NCBI GenBank assembly: GCA_030704615.1
Contig: CM060732.1
Span: forward strand, 35,526,001-35,590,000
Length of the DNA stretch: 64,000 nt
Direction of reading: 5' to 3'
Source of the DNA: Takakia lepidozioides
Taxonomy: Eukaryota; Plantae; Bryophyta
A model generated the notes under the pieces. That model was not told where the DNA came from, searched no databases, and saw only the letters and a list, made by a program, of their open reading frames with translations. Both the position numbers and the translations under genes were made by a program. Below, in pieces: positions 50,213 to 61,714 of the stretch (positions within the stretch are counted from its first letter, which is position 1; each line of letters opens with the position of its first letter).

Positions 50213-53200
50213 TCAATGATTTCTGGAATCCCTAAGGAGGAGTTTGTGCAGCTCGTTCACGCTCAACGCCGGTGCATGAATAAAGTCATCAATAGTCACG
50301 TTCATCCTCAACCTCTTCAGGTAGATGTAATACAGATGCTTGCACGGATAATACTTCGAACCCTTCTTTGCTTCCATCAACGAGAAGTCCGTACAATTGC
50401 AAGTGGGCTCCACTCCAATCGTAATTGTGTATACATCGTCGCGTACAGCCGAGCCGGCCGTTGCCATCCGATACACACGCCCAAGGCCGGGTGGAGGTAC
50501 GTCCACGGAGCTCTGAATAGTGCAAGCCATCCCAAGAGCATTGGCAATCCGAGTCTCATTCAACTTGTTGGGAGGGTGTCGTCTCTTCACTCTTCCGAAT
50601 CGCATTGTGGGATGTGCAGAATTGTCCAATCCGTCTCTACTGGACCGAGCAGTCTGCAATGGCTGGGTCTGAGGAACCGGAAATGCGTGGGCCGGGATGT
50701 CTGTGCGTTGCACCATTCGAAATCCTGCTGCAGATAGAGCATCCGCCTCATTCTGAGAGAGGCTGCAACCCGGTGCAACAGGCCAAACGCCCGGAGGCTC
50801 CGGCATTCCCTGAATCCCGTACTTGGGCTTGCCAAATACACAGGTCATTATGTCGTGCCTACAGAACCAAAATGTCTGCGTTGTGGCGTGAGCAAATGTG
50901 GGAGTCAAAAATCTGCCGCTGAAACAAGGTGCAGGTACAGCACCATGTGGGTTCCTCCGAATCATCTCACCACAGCGTGCTCTCGTATCCACCCGGATGG
51001 CGCAGCACTTCCCTCGAAATGCCGGCAATGTCCTCGCAATTCTCCACTGTGACTCCGACACTCTTGTCTCCACAATGGGAATGTTGTACTGCTTTACTAC
51101 AGATGGCTCGTTATGTTGCCGGGGCACGCGCCCTGTGCTCAAAGGAGATGGCGATCTTGAACGTGCACTGTAAGGAAATCAGACGAGGGAGCAATGGTCA
51201 GTTGGCTAGCATGGTGGCATTATCGTTTTCTCCAGTTCGGCGACTATATGCGGGAGGTGAGTTGCACGAATTCGCGTCCCGTTGAATATTATTCTTGGCC
51301 ATATTTGTAACTTGTTTGTAACCTGAACATGTGCTTGTGCAGGAAATGTGTCTCGACTCCGACACCGACATGCCCACGACAAACATGGCCGAATCAGTGC
51401 ACTCTTCCTGGCGTGCCTCCTCTGCGGCGCATCTGGTGGACATCCTCACTGCCACAACGGAGGACATTGTGAGGTCAATTAGGCAGCAATGCAGGTACAA
51501 CGAGTTCTTGAAAGGGAAACAGTGGGGCTTGGGGCCGGACAGGCAGGAAATGCTGATGCGGACTGCCTCTAGATCGAAGAATCCTCGGAAGTGGGCGGCG
51601 GCCTTGCGAGAGGGCCTTCGGGACACGCCATTGCTGCGAAGAAGCCAACATTTGGAAGGAGATGTTCATACCCGTCCAGTGAGACGAAGACTTGACGAGG
51701 CACCTGGCGGAGAAGAGGATTCATGGCGCGCTGACAAGAATATTCGCACGCTCCCTCGTGGTCCGGTGATGTTGCCCGAGGAGGTCTCGTCGAGCACCGC
51801 AAGTCCTGACGATGTCCACCAAGCCCGTATGCATGCAAACTGTGTCTCTGCATCATCCAAGGTGGGAGCGCGCTTCCACGCAAGACACATGGAACGGTGC
51901 TCCTCTCTGAAATCTGGCGCCACGAGCTTGGTTGTGTACTGCGAAAGGCTCTGCAGAAAATGGAACCCACAAGATCTCTCCTTGCCTTCCATGGGAACAA
52001 TGGGGTCTTGCCCGTACACCCTTCGGATGGCAGCCCAATTTGCTTGTGCGTTGTCCGCCATGAAACCACGGAAATTCGGAGGGGGCAATCCCGTCTTGGC
52101 CATCTGTTCGTTTATTCCCTGGCAAAGAAGCATCTCCGATTGTGTGTCCTCTCCTTTCATCTCACAAATAGCAATTGTCATTAGCATCCTGCAGTGGGTG
52201 TCGTAGACATGTGCACCCATTGTCACCCACTGGTGATTTGTAATTCGCTTGATATGGTCGAACATGACCCAACTGTTTGACAAGTTCCCACTCGTCATCC
52301 TGTCGACTAGTTCGACGCCGCTGCCAGGTCCACACGTGAACATCTTGAATACAAAACAACGATCTGCCTCAGTCCCTTGTCCTGGAAACCTACTTCCATT
52401 AATGTAGTCATATCCACATCGTCGCTTCACCTCCAGAATGGAGTGCATATCCGAGCCACGCCCAATTTTCTGTTTGCATGAGACAATGTGGTTTCGGACA
52501 TTCGGTGAACATACGTGGGACACCGACTCCAGCAATGCCTCCATTTCCTTCTCGTCGAGAGGAACTCTATCGGAGCCGTCTTCCGACATAATTCTGGCCA
52601 ATGCCATCTTATGGGCGGCTTGGAGCTGTATCTGTTTGGGTTTGGCACCCGGTCTCAACTTAACCTCCTCCTGAACGAGCTGCTCTGCTTCGTGGGCAGC
52701 CTCCCGCGAGTTCCCCCTCGCCAATTTATGACAATGGGAACCAACGTGTATGCAAGCTCGGGTGAGGTCAGGGAAACGGTGCAACACATAGAAGTGCTTG
52801 GCATTACAAACAGACATGCAGTGTGGTGGTTCTTTGCAATGCGCACACTTAAATGTGGAGTTCGGAACCTTCTCCTGAGCTCGAAATGGTTGGTGAGCTG
52901 TGCCTATCCAATCGGTCTCGTTCCTTTGACCTCTGGATTTAAAGTGGAAGCAAGTTGGGGAGAAACACCGCAACGCGCCCGCACAAACAACGTAGCGCAC
53001 CCGCACACCATCGAGCATCTTCATGCTGGTGGTTTTGGTAACGCACCAAGGATGACCGTCATGTTTTCTATCCATATCTGTCAACATTCCGGACGCCCTC
53101 GAGTAGTCCGCCCGAGGAGGGAACTCAAAGAAGATATTACCGTCGACGTCGGCGGGAAGGCAAGTAACCGATTTAATTGCGAACTTGCTGTAGTCCAGCC

Positions 53201-53815
53201 CGGCCAGCTCGGACCGGTGTCCCTCCAGGTGAAGCCCTCGCAGAATTTCAAGAATAGATCGAACTGCGGTGCTCGTGCTGGGAATATGACTCCCTTCTCC
53301 ACTGACGTCCATTGAGGACTTGCCTGATCTCTAGGACGACCTCGGAACTTCCATGACCTCGTCTGAGTCGAACAGGTTGTGAACAACCCGGTTCTCGCTT
53401 GTCTTCATGGATGGGTTCGGCTCTGGATTTACTTCGTTGCGGACTTCTCTCTTTGAGGTAGCCACTCTCTGATTCGCGGATTGTTTCGTGGAAGGCGCCA
53501 GGATAGAAGGTGCATTTGGCGGGCAAATGAAGTCCCCAACAGCCCTGTATATGACGCTGTCCGATGTGTGGAACTGCCATTCCTGCCATCGCCGAAATCA
53601 TCGTGGAGCACAACAATACTCTCGACAACAAGGCCGTTAGAATCCTTCCTTTCCTCCTCCAAAAAAACCGACCCCGGTTTCAGGTAGTATCGAACGCACA
53701 GATATTTCTCCATCACCCGGCAGGTGTCCCCTCTGCACGGAAATGAAGCTCTATGCTCGTGAGGAGGGCAGTACACTGTAGCGCTCGGGTTTTCTGCCAT
53801 GGGAGATGTGCACAC
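50213..53815 (-). pseudogene. MULE transposase (GCM-like Zn domain, DDE, SWIM) disrupted by an internal inversion at 51168-51805; start uncertain
   Basis: ORFs 51666..53312 and 50213..51142; the inverted piece appears as + ORF 51331..52206 containing TTNMAESVH. Confidence 0.88.
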
Positions 53816-54099
53816 AAGACTGCCAGGATGGCGTGCGGGGAAGCTCCCTGGTAGAAGGGGGATGCAGCGATGGGAATGAATGCGATGCCGATTTGTCCGA
53901 GCGACGAAGCCTGATCCAAATCCAGGGAGCCAACTATCTCAAAAATCCACAGTCAGAGTATTAATGAACCTTGTCTCCGGAATGCGGCCCTGGTCTTTGC
54001 GCAATAACTGCCAACGGTATGCAGTCAGAAAGTGCAGGGCCGTCCGGATGATGACGGCTGAAGGGGAGAAGCCGGCACCGTGCCGTCACATTACTACCC

Positions 54100-55790
54100 C
54101 CGAATGGAAATTCGGCACCCAATATCCAACAGGGGAAGCCCGGATGAAGTCGCCTCGGGCGCAGAGGCCGGCGCGTGTGCGACAGAGAACATCCCCTGGA
54201 CGGAGATTCGGCGCCGAATTTCCATCCGGGCCCCCCAAAGGGAGTCGTGTCGGGGGGTCAGGCCGAAAACAGGCCGGCATAAAAACATCCCCAGATGGAA
54301 AAACGGCGCCGTATTTCCATCCGGGGCGGTTCGGATGCAGTCGGGAAGGGGGGAGAGGTCGGCACCTGGCCGTCATATTTCAACCCCCGGACGGAAATTC
54401 GGCAACGAATATCCGACAGAGCGGCGGAGAGGCCGGCACCTCTCCGACAGAGACCATCCCCCGGATGGAAATTCGGCGCCGAATTTCCATCCTGCAGGTA
54501 ATTCGAATCCCGGATGGATGGAGATCCGGCGCCGAATTTCCATCCAGCAGGTAAGTGGAATCCCGGATGGATCGAAATTCGGCGCCGAATTTCCATCCTG
54601 CAGGTAATTCGAATCCCGGATGGATCGAAATTCGGCGCAGAATTTCCATCCTGCAGGTAATTCGAATCCCGGATGAATGGAAATTCGGCGCCGAATTTCC
54701 ATCCAGCAGGTAAGTGGAATCCCGGATGGATCGAAATTCGGCGCCGAATTTCCATCCTGCAGGTAATTCGAATGGAAATTCGGCGCCAAATTTCCATCCA
54801 GCAGGTAAGTGGAATCCCGGATGGATCGAAATTCGGCGCCGAATTTCCATCCTGCAGGTAATTCGAATCCCGGATGAATGGAAATTCGGCGCCGAATTTC
54901 CATCCTGCAGGTAAGTCGGATCGCTGGCGTATGGATATTCGGCGCCGAATTTCCATTCGCCAGGTATTTCATCGCTCAGAATTACCTTCGTGCACGTAAT
55001 TCTCATCTGGGAATTACCTTCCTGCAGGTAATTCCTATAGATGAAGGTAGGAAGGTAATTCCTCGTTCAGAATTACCTGCACGAAGGTAATTCCCAGATG
55101 AGAATTACCTGCAGGAAGGTAATTCTCATCTGGGAATTACCTGCAGGATGGAAATTCGGTGCCGAATTTCCATCCATCCGGGATTCCACTTACCTGCCGA
55201 ATGGAAATTCGGCGCCGAATTTCCATCCATCCGGGATTCCAATTACATGCCGGATGGAAATTCGGCGCCGGATCTCCATCCATCCGCTCTCCGCCCAACC
55301 TTGCGGATGGAAAGCCTACCTGCGCGGATGGAAATCCGGCGCCGTATTTCCATCCGCGCGCTTCTGAATTACCTTTGTGAGGGATATTTGGCGCGCCGCC
55401 CTACCTGCGCGGATGGAAATTCGGCGCCGGATTTCCATCCGCGCGCTTCCGAATTACCTGCGTGAGGGAAATTTGGCGCGCCGCCCTACCTGCGCGGATG
55501 GAAATCCGGCGCCGGATTTCCATCCACGCGCTTCTGAATTACCTTTGTGAGGGATATTTGGCGCGCCGCCCTACTTGCGCGGATTGAAATTCGGCGCCGG
55601 ATTTCCATCCGCGCGCTTCCGAATTACCTGCGTGAGGAAAATTTGGCGCGCCACCCTACCTGCGCGGATGGGAATTCGGCGCTGAATTTCCATCCTGCTG
55701 CGCTCCGAATTACCTGCAGGATGGAAATCCGGCGCCGGAATTCCATCGTTCAGCGCTCCGAATTACCTCTACGTTGGAAATTCCGGAACT
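54100..55790. repeat. Central array of up to 30-bp perfect palindromes (GGATGGAAATTCGGCGCCGAATTTCCATCC) between the two divergent genes
   Basis: About 60-bp units on the left, an orientation switch at about 55000-55140, about 75-bp units on the right. Confidence 0.92.
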
Positions 55791-55813
55791 GTTTACGTCG
55801 ATTTTCATCCGAC

Positions 55814-58800
55814 ATGGAGGGCTTCATCCGACATTTAATTGCGCAGTTGGGCAATAAATGTCGACCGCCGTCGGTTATCATTCGGGCTGGTGACGCATGG
55901 CTTCCTGGACAGGTACCCTAAATCTCATGCTAATCTTGGCTTAACATGCTATTCGAGGCATGTACCCCAAAAAAGGAGATCTTTTTGGCTAGGACTTATG
56001 CCGCCTGAAGGGCGTGGCTCTCCTGAGAGAGACCTCACATCCAGACCGCGGCGGAAGTTGAAAGCTCTGTACTACGGACGACGGCCAATCTCTCGCATGG
56101 CCAAACTGAAGCTCCAGCAGGAGATTCCAGTGTCTTGCTCACAACCCGCGCCAACTGAAGCCGAGTACTCTCAGGCAAGCCACTTCTGCTTTCGGTTTGT
56201 TCGATTTCTTTTTTGCTTTCGCTTTGTTACCTCGCTTTGTTTTTGCATCTTCATCCTGGCTTCGCTGGATGAGTGAACTTTAGATAGTTGAGTGAACCTT
56301 AGATTGTTTGCAATGCGTGTGCAAATCCGGCAGCTCTGGAGAAAACTGCTTGTGCATGTCATTCTCAGGCAATGGTTGCATTTGTTTTCATTGTTGTTGC
56401 ATGGCTCTCCATACTTCCTAAACTTGTTATGTTTTCATTTTTGCTACACGATTGTTGCTATGGTGGTTGTGCTGCTCGTTGCGATGCTGGTTTTTGCACC
56501 GATGTTGGTTTTCACGATTTTTGGGAATGACAGAGTGACGACGAGCCCAGCACGCTGGTGGTATCATCGACAGCTCCAACTCATCGCATGTTTGAATCGC
56601 CCAACTTGGGGCGAGAGGGCAAACTTAAACCTTTTGTTGGTGGACGGGAGGACTTGCAACGAGAGTACGACAGAATAGGCATTGGGGAGGTTGGTGCAGG
56701 CGGCATGGCAGGTGAAGGGCGTGAGGACATGAGGACAGCAGATCCGACAATGGAGGTTGTTCATGCACATGCAGTAGGGCCCGCCCACGCAAAGAAAAAG
56801 AAGAAAGCTAAGCACATGCAATCCCCGGCGAATGAGGACGACCGGTGACAACGAATGCGCAAGAGCAGCTGGACACACAAGCACATCAGTTCAAGATGGA
56901 GATATCTCCTGCAGCAGAGAGCCTACGTGACTATGTGACGAGGTACTTTCTGCTCTACAAAACCAACCTATTTTTTCGGGAGATAGCAGATGCTCGCCGG
57001 AGCCACGAGTTCACCGACCAGCCGAACGCGGACAAAGCAGCAATGCGCCTTCTGTACAGGTACATACGCGCTGCCTTTCTTTCAAGTCCTGGCATTTCAG
57101 GATGTTAGAGGCCTCAAGTGGTGTTAGGGAAAATGGTGCCGAATTTCCAGTCAGGGCTCCGAAAATGGCTAAGTCCCTAGACTGGATGGCCCGGAACTGG
57201 AAATTCGGCGCCATTTTCCAGTTCCAGGCCCTATTGCCGTTCAGGGACTTAGCCATTTTCGGGCTAAGTCCGTAGACTGGCTGGCCCTGAAGTGGAAATT
57301 TGGCCAGTTCTAGGCCCTATTGCCGTCCAAGGACTTAGCCATTTTCGGGCTAAGTCCCTACGGTGGCTGGCCCTGAAGTGGAAATTCGGCGCCGTTTTCC
57401 AGTTCTAGGCCCTATTGCCGTCCAGGGACTTAGCCATTTTCGGGTTAAGTCCGTAGACTGGCTGGCCCTGAAGTGGAAATTCGGCGCCGTTTTCCAATTC
57501 TAGGCCCTATTGCCGTCCAGGGACTTAGCCATTTTCGGGCTGTCCCTAGGGTGGCTGGCCCGGAACTGGAAATTCGGCGCCGTTTTCCAGTTCTAGGTCC
57601 TATTGCCGTCCAGGGACTTAGCCATTTTCGGGCTAAGTCCCTAGACTGGCTGGCCCTGAAGTGGAAATTCGGCGCCATTTTCCAGTTGTAGGCCCTATTG
57701 CCGTTCAGGGACTTAGCCATTTTCGGGCTAAGTCCGTAGGGTGGCTGGCCCCGAAGTGGAAATTCGGCGCCATTTTCCAGTTCTAGGCCCTATTGCCGTT
57801 CAGGGACTTAGCCATTTCCGGGCTAAGTCCGTAGGGTGGCTGGCCCTGAACTGGAAATTCGGCGCCATTTTTCCAGTTCTAGGCCCTATTGCGGTTCTGG
57901 GACTTAGCCATCTTCGGGCCAAACCGGGAAAAATGGCGCCGAATTTCCAGTTCAGGGCTCCCAAGATGGCTAAGTCCCTACGGTGGCAGTCACCGAAAAC
58001 CGAAATTCGGCGCCATTTTTCCATTTCTAGGCCCATTCACATCTGCCCCAACCTGGGAAAATGGTGCCGAATATGCATTTCAGGGACCTCATTGTGTTTT
58101 TCATGAATGCAGGTACTGCAAGTTATCCCTTTTGGAGAAAGGTCATCTGTCTTTCGAGCCACCATTCTTCCTGGCATGGAGGAACCCTGGGGCTGACTCC
58201 ATGTACACTGACGATATTGTGAAGGAGTGGCATCTGGAACATTTCCGTGATTGCCCTTGGTATGTGGACCTTCCGCCCGGCTCGCTCGACCCATCCGAGT
58301 TTCAATTGAAGCTGGATGCTGAATTCCGACGAAACCGGGCTCCGCTGCCTCCGTTGGGTGCAAAAGAGGCAAAAGCGCTTGCGAACTCCAGGAAAGCGGC
58401 AGAGCTTGCTCAGGCAGGAATTCAAGAGAAATTGCATGAGAAGAGTAAAGGTCAAAGGAAAAGGACAAGGAAACAGGTGACTGCAGCAACACCCAAAAAG
58501 AAGAAAACCATCGGGGCATCGGAGGAGGCGCAGGAGGGGACCCAAGAGAGTGACTCGGACGACGACTTTGTTCAAGGTCCTGCGACTGCTGTTGCTCCTA
58601 CCCAGTCACTGGTCGTCCGGGTTCCCAAGTCAGTTCGGAGTGGGACTGGCTCTGCCAAGAAGTTGGCATTTGAGGGCGAGCCTACACGGCGGTATTCGGC
58701 GGTGACGTTTACGCACAGGCCAAAGCTAGAACCTCCAACCATCATCCAATGCGTCAATGAGAGCTTCCTTGACGCTCTCGCTGCCAGGGCGAAGAAGGTG

Positions 58801-60460
58801 GCACACAACAAGTCTCTGGCGGAGCGGAAGGGGAAAGCCAAGAAAAGGGCTGGCGGTACAGAGCCTAAAGACACCCCTGGTTTTGAAGCCATGATGGAAT
58901 TCTTCACGGCTGTGAGCACGAATTGCAAGAGCACTCGGGGGGGGGTTGAGGTGGAGAGAGCTTGCGACATGATTCTCCTCGACATTCCAGATGGGGAGCT
59001 GCTGGAGGGCCTGGATGGTGCCCACCTGGAACAGGTTTACTGAGGACTACTGGAAAGCCGGGTTTGGGCTGGCGGGGATGCTTCTGGATGACGGTGGATG
59101 TGTGGTTGTCCTTGCCACGAGAGGGAAGACCACAGAGAATGCGGTGGCAAGGTGAACACCGAAAAGTGTCACCCCGGTCCTCCTCAGAAAATGGTTCTGC
59201 ATCAGTACGCAGGGGTTGCGAACAGAGGGCCAAAGTGTAAGTTATCAATCTATTGCATTCACTTCATATTGTGGTGTATGTTAAGTAGACCCTGGAATTG
59301 ATCCCTTCTTTGTTGGATGTGCAGACGTTGGTGTTTGAGGCATATTGCTTTGTGAAGAGAGGGTCTACGTTCAAATTCCGCAATGACGGTCGTCTTGTTG
59401 ATGCCGCTGTGGACCCTGTAACCTACGATGTCCTCTACAACTATGTGCCCCACTCTAGTATGCCGAAGGACACAAAGACAGGCAAACCGTGGCGGTACAG
59501 CCGGACCCGGAGCCTTGCTTTCATCCAAACCCTCATGGAGACGTGCTCGGATGTCCAAGGGCGGATTCTGGACCTCACATGCGGCACGGGTAAGCCTTCA
59601 CGTGCTCAGTTTGTCCCCTGGCCCGATTGCAATTGCATGCCGCAAGCTATTAACCGCCCGCTTTGTTCCTCAGGTGCTTCAATGTGGGCAAGGACGTTGT
59701 CCGACAGGTATGTGTTCGCCTTCGAGCCAGATACTGCCCTCCACAACTCGGAACTTGCAGCGGCTGAACGTCTGCCGAAAGAGGAAGAGGCATCCTCGGA
59801 GGATGAGGAAAAATCCGAAAAGGAGCAGGGGGAGGAAGTTGGGATCGAGGCCGAGGAGCCCCGGTTTACGAGTGAGTGGTGGCATTGTAAGTTGCCTCCA
59901 GATTTCATGAGGCACCTCCCTCCGCTCTCTTATTTCATTGAAAACCCTTTCTGGTTGTGCTGGTATTGACATTCTTGAAGTGGATTTGTTCTTACTGTAG
60001 GATGCCAAGTACTGCCGGAGGGACGTCTACACCGGAGTCCATGGGCAGGAGGAACGTGCCTTTTTTTGCCAGGGGGGATTTCATGCCTAGTCCAGAAATG
60101 GAGTACATCCTTCCTACTTATGCTGCCCGGCTTGCTTCGGTGTCCATTCGGAGGTGTTCCGAACGTAGTCGTGTACAGCAGATTTTAGACGAGGCAAGCC
60201 TCAAGAAAATGAAGATGAGGGAGGAGGCAGCAGCTATTAGAGCCCGTCGGGCTCGTAGATTTGTGTTGGATTCTGCTGAGGAAAGTGGGGGAGAAGACGC
60301 AGAAGATTCCCAGGAGGTGAGGTGGACAGTCCCCCAAGGAGAGGACGGGATTTTTGAGAGGCATAGTGGAACTGATGCATCACAGAGCTCGGAGGATGAG
60401 GGGGATGAGGGGGATGAGGAAGAAGGTGGGGCAAGTTCCTCGGAGGGTGTAGGAGAGTAG
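55814..60460 (+). CDS. Putative multi-exon gene with a beta-class amino-DNA-methyltransferase-like domain (about 58960-59750); 2-bp frameshift near 59020; upstream exons and last splice tentative
   Basis: CDMILLDIP (motif IV-like), LLDDGGCVVV, LVFEAYCFVK, RSLAFIQTLMETCSDVQGRILDLTCGT|GASMWARTLSDRYVFAFEPD (motifs X-I-II). Introns 57060-58112, 59237-59324 and 59590-59673 are GT-AG and in phase. Confidence 0.75.
57130..58080. repeat. 95-bp tandem array inside intron 57060-58112
   Basis: GAAATTCGGCGCC recurs at 57381, 57476, 57569, 57664, 57759 and 57854; each unit contains the GGGACTTAGCC-N7-GGCTAAGTCC hairpin. Confidence 0.92.
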
Positions 60461-61284
60461 TGCCCATTCCGGCTATGACAGTTAGAACACACTTGTATAG
60501 ACGTGGCTTGCCACAAAATTTGCAATAAAATGTTGCATTTCAAGTCCACTGGTGCCACATTCCAACTTCACATGACCTTATTTCCGTGCCTCCTAACCCT
60601 ATTTCCGTGGACTCACAATGGTCTGCTCATGTTTTTTTTTTTTTTCCGCTCATGCTCATGCCGCTCATGAAATAGCAGCCCCCTACGATAGTGCATGCCA
60701 TAAACTCCCTTTCGAGTAGCGCATGTGAGATCTGCATCTAAGTTGTTCCTAGTGTGCCTATTCTCTTGCAAAACAGAGATAGGGTTTTATTCTCCTGTGC
60801 ATCCAGTGAAATAGTTCTCATACGCACTTTTGCCTCTTGCATAGGTTTGCAGTTGTATTTCAGGACACCTCGCATACTTCTATTCTAGTTTCATGTCTAT
60901 CAGGATCGCTCCTTTCAGGTTTGATTCACAGGATCTGAAATTTTTCCAGGGATGCATAACTGGTCCCTCTAAAACTTGTTTGCACGTATTGTGTTTATCT
61001 TGCACCCGGTGAATCCGCGTTGTACTGCTACATTTGTTTCGACAATTTCTGTGAATCATAAACTTTCTTACAGTGTTAGCTGCAACTCATCTTTAATCGC
61101 CTTCACGTAATGGAGGTAGATCTTCATTCTTTGACCAAGCTGCTCATTCATTTGATGAGGCAACAATACGAAGACCGAGCCGTGTTTCTTCTTGGAGATC
61201 GGAAGGTGGGGATCGTGGTTGGACACGTTTATGACAACACAGCTGCAGGCTTTAGCAAGACGATGGTCTACGTGTGCAAAGCTG

Positions 61285-61673
61285 TCTTTGCAATTGTACT
61301 TTAGAACATATCAACATCACTTATATCCTACTATGTGTCTTCATAATCATCTCTTTGAGTTTTCCTATAGATATCTTGAAGTTTTTTTCGGAGCATAACC
61401 GGCCCTCCTAAAAACTTTTTAGTCTGCACTGTGCTACTATTGTACCCGGTGCTTTAATTTGTTGTACTGCTACATTTATAGTTCCAATCTTTTGTAAACC
61501 CTAAAATCTAACTGCATGAGCATCTTTTGAAAGTTCCCTAGTTAGCATCTTTTGACAAACCTATGGTTTGTTGGAAAAAAGCGAGGAATATACGTTCCTA
61601 TTTAGTTCGTGCTAAGTTACAATAGAGTTAATTATATTGAATGAGATATTCTTGGCTTACAGGCATAAATTGG

Positions 61674-61714
<41 letters not shown>

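Larger units (their letters stand above)
49389..60683. mobile_element. Complete 11.3-kb Mutator-like DNA transposon carrying a transposase (-) and an amino-methyltransferase-like gene (+)
   Basis: TIRs GAGGTTTGCTATTTCATGAGC.. and ..GCTCATGAAATAGCAGCCCCC; 8-bp TSD TACGATAG at 49381-49388 and 60684-60691; paralogous empty sites with a single TACGATAG at about 47494 and 48655 (-). Confidence 0.93.

Noticed and set aside
54100-55790. CRISPR-like look of regularly spaced palindromic repeats (also 1-690 and 57130-58080)
   Set aside because: The spacers are themselves repeated, there are no cas genes, and the context is a eukaryotic transposon
49389-60683. Classification as Zisupton/KDZ because of the SWIM domain and 8-bp TSD
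   Set aside because: The catalytic core shows MULE signatures (MADxxxA, CxFH, TTNxxESxH) and the TIRs start with G
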